A stretch of DNA of 64,000 bases from Bacteroidota bacterium (GCA_040751955.1 JBFMFY010000001.1:244-64243), one strand, 5' to 3'. Positions 8,990 to 19,053 are shown, counted from the first letter of the stretch. The notes: generated by a model from the letters alone, not told the origin. Program-made: numbers and translations.

Positions 8990-10945
8990 ATGAAAAATGC
9001 TTTGATCATCCTCGCAGGAATTATTTGCTGTCTGTATATATCGCCGGCACAACCGCCGAACGATCTCACCGGTTTGAAGATCTGCATTGATCCGGGCCAC
9101 GGAGGATTCAATCCATGTAATGACAGGCGGATTGATCCGAACCCCGGCAGCGGCAACATCTTTTGGGAATCGGAAGGTAACTTCCGCAAAGCGCTTTGGC
9201 TGAAACCGTTGTTGGAAGCACGAGGTGCTACCGTTTTTATCACACGAACTACTAATGATAGTACAACAGTATATCCAGATCATCCGACAAACTGTAATGC
9301 CGATCCTAACGAACCAAGTCTCTCAGCAAGATGGCAATTTGCAAATGCTAATAATGTCCATTGGTTTCATTCGATCCACAGCAACGCGACAGGAGGAACC
9401 AATACATCTACAAACTATACGATGGTCTTATTGAAAGAAAATATCAGCACGCGACAACCCGCATTTCCGGCGGCAGTGGATATGTCTTCAATGATCTACA
9501 ATAATATCCGCGCCATCAATAGAACAGGTTCGTCTGGCGGAAACATTGCCGGCAAACCGGGTGTTTACCTCGACTACACGTTTTATGGGGGACCGAGCGG
9601 CGGATATAATCTTGGTGTGTTGAGCGGATTGATTATGCCGGGTGAATTATCCGAAGGTTCATTTCACGACTACTACCCTGAAACACGCCGTCTGTTGAAC
9701 AACGACTATCGAAAAGGTGAAGCATACGGGCTTTACAACGGTTTTGTTGAATACTACGGGATTCCATTCGATACACTCGGAATTATTTGCGGTACCCAGA
9801 AGAGCGGTTCAACACCGATCAACAACATTGTTGTTCGGTTACTTCCTCCCAATAAGGTGTACAATGGTGACACGTACAACAACGGATATTTCTTCTTTGA
9901 TTCATTGGCGCCGGGAAATTATAAAGTACTGTTTGAGACCGGTGGATATCCACTCGATACGGTCAATGTTGTGTTAACGGCGACGACAAAATCGGTTTCG
10001 TCTTCCGTTCCTCAGCACACTGCAACAAATGTCAGCCGCAGCCAGAATATCGTGATTAATTTTCTCAAGCCGATGGATACAACGAGTGTCAAGAATGCAT
10101 TTTCCATCCTACCGGCAACCTCCGGCACATTCGTCTGGAATAATGATCGAACGAGTTTAACATTTACTCCTTCTGCACCGCTGTTGTATTACGCTAATTA
10201 TACAGTCACCCTCGCCGGATACGGGGAAACACGTCAGCCAATCGTTTTTGTTGACAATAAAACTGTGACGTCGAATCTCTCAACGGCAAATTTTGTCATT
10301 AATTTCCAGACGGAACAACTTCCCCCGTATCTCATACTTACACAACCGAAGGAGGGTGATACCGCTTTTGCAGTGACAAAGCAGATAGGATTAAAATTTT
10401 CGCTTTCGATGGATACAGCGAGTGTCCGATCTGCTATTTCATTCATTCCTTCGGTGAGTGGTACATTCGGATGGTCTCAAAACAATACGACACTCCTTAT
10501 TACGCCGACAGGCGGATTGGCATACAATACAAATTATACCGTTACTGTCAGTGCAGCTGCAAAATCAATATACGGCGCTTCTATCGATGCAAACCGGGAC
10601 AGTATTCCCGGCGATCCGTTCATTCTCACGTTCCGAACGCAATCGAATCCGAATTTTGTAGAGAGAGAAAATGGCATACCCGCCGTCTATTCGCTGTACC
10701 AAAATTATCCGAATCCTTTCAATCCTCAAACGTCGATAGACTTCTCTATTCCACAAACAGGGTTCGTATCGTTAAAAGTGTATGACAATCTTGGAAGGGA
10801 GGTGGCGTCATTAGTGCATGCTATCGTTCAGGCAGGAACATATACTGCTTCGTGGGATGCATCGGCATTTGCTTCAGGAATTTATTTTTATAAATTGTCA
10901 TCGGAAAAATTCACGGATATCAAGCGGATGGTGTTGTTAAAATAA
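8990..10945 (+). CDS. Secreted N-acetylmuramoyl-L-alanine amidase (Amidase_3 type) with a carboxypeptidase-regulatory-like domain, two Ig-like (Big_5-like) domains and a T9SS CTD
   Basis: Start moved to the ATG at 8990 (GAGGAGG 9 nt upstream; signal peptide MKNALIILAGIICCLYISPAQ). LKICIDPGHGG...ATVFITRT...LSARWQFANANNVHWFHSIHSNA. CTD YSLYQNYPNPFNPQTSIDF...KRMVLLK. Confidence 0.8.
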   Translation: MKNALIILAGIICCLYISPAQPPNDLTGLKICIDPGHGGFNPCNDRRIDPNPGSGNIFWESEGNFRKALWLKPLLEARGATVFITRTTNDSTTVYPDHPTNCNADPNEPSLSARWQFANANNVHWFHSIHSNATGGTNTSTNYTMVLLKENISTRQPAFPAAVDMSSMIYNNIRAINRTGSSGGNIAGKPGVYLDYTFYGGPSGGYNLGVLSGLIMPGELSEGSFHDYYPETRRLLNNDYRKGEAYGLYNGFVEYYGIPFDTLGIICGTQKSGSTPINNIVVRLLPPNKVYNGDTYNNGYFFFDSLAPGNYKVLFETGGYPLDTVNVVLTATTKSVSSSVPQHTATNVSRSQNIVINFLKPMDTTSVKNAFSILPATSGTFVWNNDRTSLTFTPSAPLLYYANYTVTLAGYGETRQPIVFVDNKTVTSNLSTANFVINFQTEQLPPYLILTQPKEGDTAFAVTKQIGLKFSLSMDTASVRSAISFIPSVSGTFGWSQNNTTLLITPTGGLAYNTNYTVTVSAAAKSIYGASIDANRDSIPGDPFILTFRTQSNPNFVERENGIPAVYSLYQNYPNPFNPQTSIDFSIPQTGFVSLKVYDNLGREVASLVHAIVQAGTYTASWDASAFASGIYFYKLSSEKFTDIKRMVLLK

Positions 10946-10952
10946 CGATCGG

Positions 10953-11330
10953 ATGACAGAACGCGCATCAAGTCTTACCCAGAACATCAATATTGCACTT
11001 TCACTAGGCGGCCTGATCGTTTGGCTGTCGATCTCCATGCTGACGGACAAACGTGAAGCATGGGACAGCGACCTGTTTTGGTTCATGGGTGTGCCTCTGA
11101 TGATTCTGCTGAATGCCGTCGCCTCTTTTCTTGATCCATCCCAAATAGTATTGAAAGGAATTCTTTCTGTTTCACTTCAGCCCGTTGCAATGATCTTCCA
11201 GACAGGAGAAATAGGGTCGATGCTTCCGCTCGGGTTGATCCTCTTTGGTTTCATGGGGCTCTTCTACTCGGTGGGAGGTGTGGTCGGCAGCTTCGTTAAA
11301 AGAAATTTTTTTTCAACTCCAGAAGCCTAA
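10953..11330 (+). CDS. Small integral membrane protein, function unknown
   Basis: 125 aa with 3-4 hydrophobic segments. Compactly spaced between flanking same-strand genes. Confidence 0.5.
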   Translation: MTERASSLTQNINIALSLGGLIVWLSISMLTDKREAWDSDLFWFMGVPLMILLNAVASFLDPSQIVLKGILSVSLQPVAMIFQTGEIGSMLPLGLILFGFMGLFYSVGGVVGSFVKRNFFSTPEA

Positions 11331-11332
11331 GA

Positions 11333-12082
11333 ATGATCCGGGAACAGCTTTCGAATACACAATACGGCAAAGAGACAGGTTTTCGTTTGCGCGGCGGCGA
11401 GATCTCCCGCATTGAAGGATTCAGCGATAACGTCTTTGGTTTCGCACTGACGCTCCTTGTCGTAACTCTCGATGTTCCGAAGACATTCTCTCAATTGGAA
11501 GAGACTTTTCACGGCTTCATCGGCTTTGCCCTTGCCTTTTCTCTGCTTGTTGTTGTGTGGTACGATCATTATCAATTCTTCCGCCGCTTCGGGCTGAATG
11601 ACAGGTTTGTTCTCTGGATGAATTTTGTTCTCCTGTTTGTGGTCGTCTTTTTTGTTTATCCGACAAAATTCCTTGCGACGCTTCTGGTAAAAATGTTTTC
11701 GGGAATGTCCATCAACGTGACGCTGGCGGACGGAACCGTTGCCAGAGCGATCGAAAATCATCAATGGCCTACCATGATGATTGCGTACGGTATCGGATTT
11801 ATTATTATCTATGCTATTTATTTCTTCTTGTATCTACATGCATACCAACAACGAGAACAACTTGAGTTAACGGCAACGGAACTCGTCCACACAAAAGGAG
11901 AGATGGTGGGGCACTGCGCGAATTGCATTATTGGACTCTTATCGATTTCATTTGTGATCTTCGGCGGACCGGGCATGGCATTTTATTCCGGCATGACGTA
12001 CTGGCTTATCGGTCCGACGCAGGGTGTCATTGGTTATCATCGGGGTAAAAAGATTCGCACCCTTCTCGATCAAAAAAACTGA
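11333..12082 (+). CDS. TMEM175/DUF1211-family membrane protein (putative K+ channel)
   Basis: RIEGFSDNVFGFALTLLVVTLDVP matches the DUF1211 signature (RxEAFSDGVFAIAITLLV). Six predicted TM segments. Confidence 0.7.
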   Translation: MIREQLSNTQYGKETGFRLRGGEISRIEGFSDNVFGFALTLLVVTLDVPKTFSQLEETFHGFIGFALAFSLLVVVWYDHYQFFRRFGLNDRFVLWMNFVLLFVVVFFVYPTKFLATLLVKMFSGMSINVTLADGTVARAIENHQWPTMMIAYGIGFIIIYAIYFFLYLHAYQQREQLELTATELVHTKGEMVGHCANCIIGLLSISFVIFGGPGMAFYSGMTYWLIGPTQGVIGYHRGKKIRTLLDQKN

Positions 12083-12131
12083 GCTTCTCCTCTCTTTGTA
12101 TTCAGCTTCGTTTTTCGTATTTTTAATCGTC

Positions 12132-12204
12132 GCTCTCGTAGTTCAAGTGGATAGAACCGGAGTTTCCTAAACTTCTAATCGCAGTTCGAGTCTGCGCGAG
12201 AGCA
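12132..12204 (+). tRNA. tRNA-Arg (anticodon CCT)
   Basis: The hand-folded cloverleaf totals 73 nt. Acceptor GCTCTCG/CGAGAGC plus discriminator A. D-stem GTTC/GAAC with loop AAGTGGATA. Anticodon stem GGAGT/ACTTC with loop TTCCTAA. T-arm CGCAG-TTCGAGT-CTGCG. No encoded CCA. Confidence 0.9.
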
Positions 12205-12238
12205 CTTTTAATTAATTATCAAGTCACAAATTATCAAG

Positions 12239-12283
12239 TTGCAAATTTTTTAACTTCCATTGAGATAATGTGAAAATTTGCAA
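12239..12283 (+). promoter_or_regulatory. 11-bp perfect inverted repeat in the proS leader (possible operator, attenuator or promoter-overlapping hairpin)
   Basis: TTGCAAATTTT (12239-12249) / AAAATTTGCAA (12273-12283). Preceded by the tandem direct repeat ATTATCAAGT[CT][AG]CAAATT x2 (12217-12248). TTGCAA..GATAAT could also be a -35/-10 pair with a 19-nt spacer. Confidence 0.3.
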
Positions 12284-12306
12284 TTCACCACATTCGGTTG
12301 AAGTAA

Positions 12307-14004
12307 ATGAGATTAAGCAAAGGTTTTTTCCCTACCGTTAAAGAAGTGCCTGCTGATGCAGTGATTCCAAGTCATCAACTCATGATTCGCGCGGGACTGA
12401 TGCGCCAATTGACCGCAGGTGTCTATTCGTTTCTGCCTCTTGGCTATGCGGTTATGAAGAAAGTCATGCAGATTATCCGCGAAGAGATGGATGCAATCGG
12501 TGGACAGGAATTCCATCTGCCTGCGCTGAATCCTATTGAACTGTGGGAAGAAACTGACCGCGTGAAAGCGTTCGGCGACATTATGTTCCATCTGAAGAAT
12601 CGTCCCATGGTTCTCGCGCCGACGCACGAAGAGGTGATCACTGCGATTGCAAAGAATCATGTGAAGTCATATAAAGAGATGCCGCAAATTTGGTATCAGA
12701 TCCAGACTAAATTTCGGAATGAACCGAGACCGAAGTCCGGCGTGCTGCGCGGGCGTCAGTTTACGATGAAAGATTCTTACAGCATGGATTCTTCATGGGA
12801 AGGATTGGACAGGAGCTACGATCTTCATGCACAGGCGTACCGGAATATCTACACACGATGCGGGCTGACATTCTACATAGTTGGAGCGTCGAGCGGAGCA
12901 ATGGGAGGGAGCGGTTCACAGGAATTTATGGTTGAATCGAACGCAGGTGAAGACAATCTCGCCGTTTGTCAGGAAAGCGGCTACGCAGCAAACATTGAAA
13001 TTGCATCATCGCTGGTTCCAAAAGCGGAACGATTTTCCGAAAATAAACCGTTCGAAAAAGTTCATACACCGAATGCAAAAACAATCGACGAAGTTGCGGC
13101 ATTCTTAAAGATGCCGACACACCGTTGTGCGAAATCGCTCGTGTTTATGAACGGCACGCAGCCTGTTCTTGTGTTGATGCTCGGCAATGACCAACTCAAC
13201 GAATCCAAACTTCAATCTGTTTTTGGCGCCGATATTCGCCCGGCGCACCCCGAAGAATTGCAGACATTGACCGGTGCAGACGCAGGTTCGATCGGTCCGG
13301 TCGGTCTCGAAGGAAAAATAACTATCGTTGCTGATACACGATTGGAAGGTGCCAACGGGCTTGTTTGCGGAGCAAATCAGAATGATTATCACTTCATCAA
13401 TGTTGATTTGAATCGCGATGCAAAGATTCAATCATATCATGATTTCAGAACGGTTGAGGAAGGTGAAATGAGTCCTGATGGGAAAGGGAAACTTCGCATT
13501 GTCAAAGGAATCGAAGTTGGTCATATTTTCAAACTCGGGACGAAATATTCTGTTGCGATGAAAGCAAATTTTCTCGACGAAAAAGGGGAAGAGCATCCGA
13601 TCATCATGGGAAGTTACGGAATCGGCGTTGAACGTATTGTTGCCTGCCACATCGAACAGCATCATGATGAATTCGGCATCAAGTGGCAGAAATCGATTGC
13701 ACCGTACGATGTGCATCTGATCAGTGTGAACATGAATTCCGAATTAGTGAAGCACCATGCAGAAGCACTGTATGCTGAACTTCAGAAAAAAGGAATTACA
13801 GTATTGTACGATGATCGCTCGGATGTAACTGCGGGATTTAAGTTCAAAGATGCCGATCTGTTGGGAATGCCGCTGCACGTTATCGTCGGTGAAAAGAATC
13901 TAAAGAACAATGAGATCGAATTGAAAGATCGGAATTCAGGGAAGCGTTGGAATGTTCCGGTTTCTTCTGCAATTGATGAGATTGTAAAGTTCGTTAAAAA
14001 TTAG
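12307..14004 (+). CDS. proS: Prolyl-tRNA synthetase (bacterial type with editing insertion)
   Basis: 565 aa. N-terminus MRLSKGFFPTVKEVPADAVIPSHQLMIRAGLMRQL and class II motifs (FRNEPRPKSGVLRGRQFTMKDSYS, GSYGIGVERI). Confidence 0.95.
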   Translation: MRLSKGFFPTVKEVPADAVIPSHQLMIRAGLMRQLTAGVYSFLPLGYAVMKKVMQIIREEMDAIGGQEFHLPALNPIELWEETDRVKAFGDIMFHLKNRPMVLAPTHEEVITAIAKNHVKSYKEMPQIWYQIQTKFRNEPRPKSGVLRGRQFTMKDSYSMDSSWEGLDRSYDLHAQAYRNIYTRCGLTFYIVGASSGAMGGSGSQEFMVESNAGEDNLAVCQESGYAANIEIASSLVPKAERFSENKPFEKVHTPNAKTIDEVAAFLKMPTHRCAKSLVFMNGTQPVLVLMLGNDQLNESKLQSVFGADIRPAHPEELQTLTGADAGSIGPVGLEGKITIVADTRLEGANGLVCGANQNDYHFINVDLNRDAKIQSYHDFRTVEEGEMSPDGKGKLRIVKGIEVGHIFKLGTKYSVAMKANFLDEKGEEHPIIMGSYGIGVERIVACHIEQHHDEFGIKWQKSIAPYDVHLISVNMNSELVKHHAEALYAELQKKGITVLYDDRSDVTAGFKFKDADLLGMPLHVIVGEKNLKNNEIELKDRNSGKRWNVPVSSAIDEIVKFVKN

Positions 14005-14092
14005 TTGTATTTAATTGCGGACTGCCCGTTACGAATTTACCGATTACGGAACGACTTTAATCTTGTAATTTTGGAATCTTGCAATCTTGAAT

Positions 14093-15520
14093 ATGATTTT
14101 CCCCTCCATGCAAACAAAACAATTCTATATCGCCGGAGATCAACAATCAAGCAGTAAAACCACTGCAATAAAAAATCCTTATACTAATACCGAACTTGCG
14201 CAAGTTTATCAGGCAGACAAAGAACACATTGAACAAACAATTCTTTCCGCTCAAGAGGCATTCAAAACTACCTCTCAATATTCAAGTCACGAACGGTCAG
14301 AAATCCTTCGTTCAATTGCTTCTCAACTGAAACACCGCAAAGAAGAATTCGCACAGTTGATCACTGCCGAAGCTGGAAAACCGATCACATTCTCCCGTGC
14401 CGAAGTTGACAGGGCGATCTCGACATTTGAGATTGCTTCTGAAGAGGCAAAGAGGATAACGGGAGAGATGGTGCCGCTCGATGTCACGACATCGACAAAA
14501 AACAAACAAGGAATCATCACACGTTTTCCTATCGGTATCATTGCTTGTATTTCCCCTTTCAATTTTCCGCTGAATCTTGTCGCTCATAAAATTGCACCTG
14601 CAATTGCAAGCGGCAATTCATTTATTCTCAAACCTCCTCCGCAAACACCGCTCACATCGTTGTTCCTTGCTGAAGTGCTGTTAAATTCCGGTTTCGTGAA
14701 GAGTGCAATCAACGTCGTGCCGACTTCGAACGAACTAGCCGAACAGCTCGTTGCAGACGAGCGAATTGCAATGCTCAGTTTTACAGGGAGTGCAAAAGTG
14801 GGATGGATGCTGAAGCAAAAAGCAGGGAAGAAAAAGATTGTGCTTGAACTCGGCGGAAATGCGGGCGTTATTGTCGATAAAACTGCCGATGTAGAGCATG
14901 CAGTTGCCCGATGCATCCTTGGCGGATTTGGTTATGCCGGACAGGTGTGTATTAAGGTTCAACGGATTATTATTCATGAATCGTTGTACGATCGTTTTGA
15001 AAAAGAATTTGTTGATGCTGCTTCGAAAGTTGTTGTCGGTGACCCGCTCAATGAAAAAACGATTGTCGGACCGATGATCTCAGAAAGCGAATCGAAACGG
15101 ATTGAAGCGTGGGTGAGTGAAGCAGTTTCTCAGGGTGCAAAAGTATTAACCGGCGGGACAAGAAACGGTATTTTCTATCGACCTACCGTGCTCACAAATG
15201 TAAAATCTGAAATGAAAGTGTGCTCTGAAGAAATATTCGGACCTGTAGTTACATTGGAAAAAGATTCGACAATCAAAGAAGCGGTTGAAAAGATAAATAA
15301 CTCCAGGTACGGATTACAGGCAGGGATCTTCTCCAATGATTTTCGAAATATTCAGTATGCCTACAGGCATTTGAATATCGGAGCTGTCATTGTCAACGAC
15401 TATCCGACATTTCGAGTTGACAACATGCCGTACGGCGGTGTGAAGGATTCAGGATTTGGAAGGGAAGGGGTGAAATACGCAATTCAGGAAATGATGGAAC
15501 CGAGACTATTGGTTTTTTAA
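14093..15520 (+). CDS. NAD(P)-dependent aldehyde dehydrogenase family protein
   Basis: ALDH motifs ELGGNAG and catalytic-Cys region GYAGQVCIKVQR, plus EEIFGPV. The first ATG at 14093 is preferred over the track's TTG at 14087. Confidence 0.9.
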   Translation: MIFPSMQTKQFYIAGDQQSSSKTTAIKNPYTNTELAQVYQADKEHIEQTILSAQEAFKTTSQYSSHERSEILRSIASQLKHRKEEFAQLITAEAGKPITFSRAEVDRAISTFEIASEEAKRITGEMVPLDVTTSTKNKQGIITRFPIGIIACISPFNFPLNLVAHKIAPAIASGNSFILKPPPQTPLTSLFLAEVLLNSGFVKSAINVVPTSNELAEQLVADERIAMLSFTGSAKVGWMLKQKAGKKKIVLELGGNAGVIVDKTADVEHAVARCILGGFGYAGQVCIKVQRIIIHESLYDRFEKEFVDAASKVVVGDPLNEKTIVGPMISESESKRIEAWVSEAVSQGAKVLTGGTRNGIFYRPTVLTNVKSEMKVCSEEIFGPVVTLEKDSTIKEAVEKINNSRYGLQAGIFSNDFRNIQYAYRHLNIGAVIVNDYPTFRVDNMPYGGVKDSGFGREGVKYAIQEMMEPRLLVF

Positions 15521-15561
15521 TTTGGTATTCTTGATAATCTTGTAATTTTTGAAATTTGTAA

Positions 15562-18500
15562 ATGTCTGAATTCATACATCTTCATAACCACACTCACTAT
15601 TCCCTGCTCGACGGTGCTGCGACAGTTGAAACGCTGCTGAAAGCTGCTGCCGATAATAACATGCCCGCTGTTGCACTGACTGATCACGGTGTGATGTTCG
15701 GTGCAATTGAATTTTACAAAAAAGCGAAGAAGAAGAATCTCAAGCCGATCATCGGTTGTGAAGTGTATATCTTGACCAAAGGAAGCCGGTTCACCAAATC
15801 GAAAGAGAGGGATGACGGGAACGATCTACTTGTTTCGGACGGCAAGACAAAAAAGAAGAGAGATTACCACCATCTTATTTTATTGTGCAAAGATATTGTT
15901 GGTTACAAGAATCTCATCAAACTTGTCACGTTGGGGCACACCGAAGGATACTATTACAAACCGCGCATTGATTTTGAACTTCTTTCGCAATATCACGAAG
16001 GGCTTGTGTGTATGTCCGCTTGTGCAGGAGGTGTCGTCGCCAATCCTTTGATCAATGGTGATTATGAGGAAGCAAAAGAGATTGCGACAATGTACAAGAA
16101 TCTCTTCGGCGACGATTTCTATTTAGAAATTCAAGATCACGGCATTCCTGCAGAGAAAATTGTCCTGCGCGATATGCCGAAACTCGCCAAAGAATTGAAC
16201 ATCAAACTTGTTGCAACGAACGACTGTCATTACATCAAAAAAGAGCATGCTGTTGCACACAATGTGATGCTGTTGATTCCTGATGCCGACGCATCAAATC
16301 CTCCTGATATCAATAATCTTCGATACGGCACAGACCAGATATATTTTAAGAGTGCGCAAGAGATGTGTGAACTCTTCAAAGAGTTTCCCGAAGCAATTGC
16401 AAACACGCTTGAAATAACTGAAAAGTGCAATCTAAATCTTGAACTCGGTAAAAACCAGATGCCGAAGTTTCCCATTCCCCCCGATGCGGGTGTTTCGACT
16501 CTTGAAGAGTATCTTGAAAAGATTGCATGGGAGGGTTTGCGAAAGCGATATAAAGAGATCACTCCCGAAATTAAAGCGAGAATCGAACATGAACTTGCAG
16601 TTGTTAAGAGCATGGGGTATGCAGGATATTTCCTGATCGTCGCTGATTTTATTCAAGCAGCACGTGACCGAGGCGTTATGGTTGGTCCGGGCAGAGGAAG
16701 CGCAGCCGGTAGTATTGTTGCCTACGCGACAGGAATTACAAATGTTGATCCGTTGAAATACGATCTTCTGTTCGAACGATTCCTGAATCCAGATCGTATC
16801 TCAATGCCCGATATCGACGTTGACTTCTCCGATTCAAAAAGGGAAGTGGTCATTGAATATGTCCGCGATAAATACGGGAAGGATAACGTCGCACAGATCA
16901 TCACGTTTGGAACGCTTTCATCGAAGGCGGTACTCAAAGACGTGGCCCGCGTTCTCGGAATTCCTCTCTCGGTCGTCGAAAGTATCAACAAACAAATTCC
17001 AACGATTCTTGGAAAGGTGATGCCGATCCAGGAGGCGCTCGATACGCTTCCAGATCTAAAACCGTTTAAGGAGAATCCTGATCAGAAAATCCAACAGATG
17101 TTCGAGATTGCAAAAGTGCTCGAAGGGATGAACCGCAACGCCGGAATGCACGCAGCAGGCGTCGTTATTGCGCCGGAGCCGCTCGTTAACTTCGTACCGA
17201 TGTATAAAACACCGAGTACAGAATTGATGACGCAGTTCACGATGAAGGACCTCGAAGAAGCAGGTCTGCTCAAGATGGATTTCCTTGGATTGCGGACTTT
17301 GACTGTGATTGAAAATGCGCTCGACCTCATAAAAAAGAATCACGGGGTATCGATCGATCTCGACAACATTCCGGAGAACGATGCGAAAACATTCGAACTA
17401 TTTGGGAAAGGTCAAACGGTTGCAGTATTCCAGTTCGAAAGTTCCGGAATGCAGGATTGGCTGCGGAAGTTGAAACCAACTTCTATCAGCGATTTGACGG
17501 CGATGAACGCGCTCTATCGCCCCGGACCGATGGAAAATATCGGTGACTTCATTAAACGAAAACATGGCTTTGCGAAGATCGAATATCTCCATCCCAAAAT
17601 GGAACCGATTCTCAAAGAGACATACGGCGTTATCGTCTATCAAGAACAGGTGATGCGCATTGCATCCGAGATCGGAGGCTTTACGCTCGCAAAATCCGAC
17701 TTGATGCGCCGCGCGATGGGTAAAAAAGACAAGAAGATCATGGAGGGATTGAAGGCTGAGTTCATTGAAGGGGCGCAGAAGGCAAGTAAACTGAGTGAAA
17801 AATTAGCGGGTGAAATTTTTGACTTGATCGAAAAATTTGCTTCCTATGGCTTTAATAAATCGCACTCGGTAGCATACTCCGTCGTTGCCTATCAAACGGC
17901 ATACCTCAAGGCGCATTATCCGGCAGAGTATATGGCGGCAACACTCACGTCGGAAATAAATAACACGGATAAAATCGTTCTCTTCATCGACGATTGCAGG
18001 AAGATTGGACTGCAAGTCCTTCCACCGGATGTCAATGAAAGCGATAAAGATTTTAATGTTACGAACGATGGAATCCGTTTTGGACTTGCCGCGATCAAAA
18101 ATGTCGGCGTCAATGCTGTTGAAGCAATCGTGAAAGCGCGTACGGAAAAAGGGAAATTCACCTCGCTCTACGATTTTTGCATGAAGGTCGATCTCCATAC
18201 AGTTAACAAAAAGACGATCGAAGGGCTTGTTCTTTCCGGAGCGTTCGACTCCGTAACAAAGAATCGTGCACAATTATTTAAGGCGATTGAACAGATGCTT
18301 GCAGCCGCTTCCAGCGCCCAGGTCCACGCCGAGCGGGGGCAGGACAGTCTATTTGGCGGCAGCACGCAATCGGCTGTCGTTGGTACGATGGTTCCTCAGC
18401 TTCCCACGATTCCAATGTGGACCGATTCTGAAAAATTATCGCGCGAGAAAGAGGTTCTTGGGTTTTATGTTTCCGGCCACCCCTTGTTGAAATATGAAAA

Positions 18501-19053
18501 AGAGATCAATGCGTTTGCGTCGATCCATCTTGGGGATGTGGAAGGGATGAAGAATGGTTCGGTAAAAGCGGGAGGAGTGATCACGTCGATTAAAAAGAAG
18601 ATCGATAAAAAAGGGAATACGATGGCGTTCCTGACAATCGAAGATTTCACAGGGAAAGCCGAGTGTGTCGTCTTTTCAAGTCTTTATAAAAAGAAGATTG
18701 AGTTGCTGGCAGAAGAAAAGATGGTGCTCGTCGAGGGGAAAGGAGAAGTAAGTGGAGACATCATTAAGATTGTTGTTGACGACATCTTGCCGATGGAAGA
18801 AGTGCGGGAAAAATTCGCGAAAAAAATTTTCTTCTTGCTCAATGCGGATGAAGTTACCGATATTACGCTGACGAAACTCCGCGAACTGATGGAAAAGAAC
18901 AAAGGGAACTGCAACTGTTACTTCAATGTTGTAGGGAAGGAATTTGAAAACAAACCGGTATTTAGATCACGGAAATATTCGGTCAATCCTTCAACAGATT
19001 TTATCGAACACGTGGAAGAAATACTCGGGAAAAACGCAATTATATTATCATAA
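15562..19053 (+). CDS. dnaE: DNA polymerase III alpha subunit
   Basis: 1163 aa. PHP domain HLHNHTHYSLLDGA and polymerase core (GPGRGSAAGS, MPDIDVDF, FNKSHSVAYS). Confidence 0.97.
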   Translation: MSEFIHLHNHTHYSLLDGAATVETLLKAAADNNMPAVALTDHGVMFGAIEFYKKAKKKNLKPIIGCEVYILTKGSRFTKSKERDDGNDLLVSDGKTKKKRDYHHLILLCKDIVGYKNLIKLVTLGHTEGYYYKPRIDFELLSQYHEGLVCMSACAGGVVANPLINGDYEEAKEIATMYKNLFGDDFYLEIQDHGIPAEKIVLRDMPKLAKELNIKLVATNDCHYIKKEHAVAHNVMLLIPDADASNPPDINNLRYGTDQIYFKSAQEMCELFKEFPEAIANTLEITEKCNLNLELGKNQMPKFPIPPDAGVSTLEEYLEKIAWEGLRKRYKEITPEIKARIEHELAVVKSMGYAGYFLIVADFIQAARDRGVMVGPGRGSAAGSIVAYATGITNVDPLKYDLLFERFLNPDRISMPDIDVDFSDSKREVVIEYVRDKYGKDNVAQIITFGTLSSKAVLKDVARVLGIPLSVVESINKQIPTILGKVMPIQEALDTLPDLKPFKENPDQKIQQMFEIAKVLEGMNRNAGMHAAGVVIAPEPLVNFVPMYKTPSTELMTQFTMKDLEEAGLLKMDFLGLRTLTVIENALDLIKKNHGVSIDLDNIPENDAKTFELFGKGQTVAVFQFESSGMQDWLRKLKPTSISDLTAMNALYRPGPMENIGDFIKRKHGFAKIEYLHPKMEPILKETYGVIVYQEQVMRIASEIGGFTLAKSDLMRRAMGKKDKKIMEGLKAEFIEGAQKASKLSEKLAGEIFDLIEKFASYGFNKSHSVAYSVVAYQTAYLKAHYPAEYMAATLTSEINNTDKIVLFIDDCRKIGLQVLPPDVNESDKDFNVTNDGIRFGLAAIKNVGVNAVEAIVKARTEKGKFTSLYDFCMKVDLHTVNKKTIEGLVLSGAFDSVTKNRAQLFKAIEQMLAAASSAQVHAERGQDSLFGGSTQSAVVGTMVPQLPTIPMWTDSEKLSREKEVLGFYVSGHPLLKYEKEINAFASIHLGDVEGMKNGSVKAGGVITSIKKKIDKKGNTMAFLTIEDFTGKAECVVFSSLYKKKIELLAEEKMVLVEGKGEVSGDIIKIVVDDILPMEEVREKFAKKIFFLLNADEVTDITLTKLRELMEKNKGNCNCYFNVVGKEFENKPVFRSRKYSVNPSTDFIEHVEEILGKNAIILS

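Noticed and set aside
11327-11764. 145-aa reverse-strand ORF
   Set aside because: It overlaps the DUF1211/TMEM175-family gene, which has a clear family signature.
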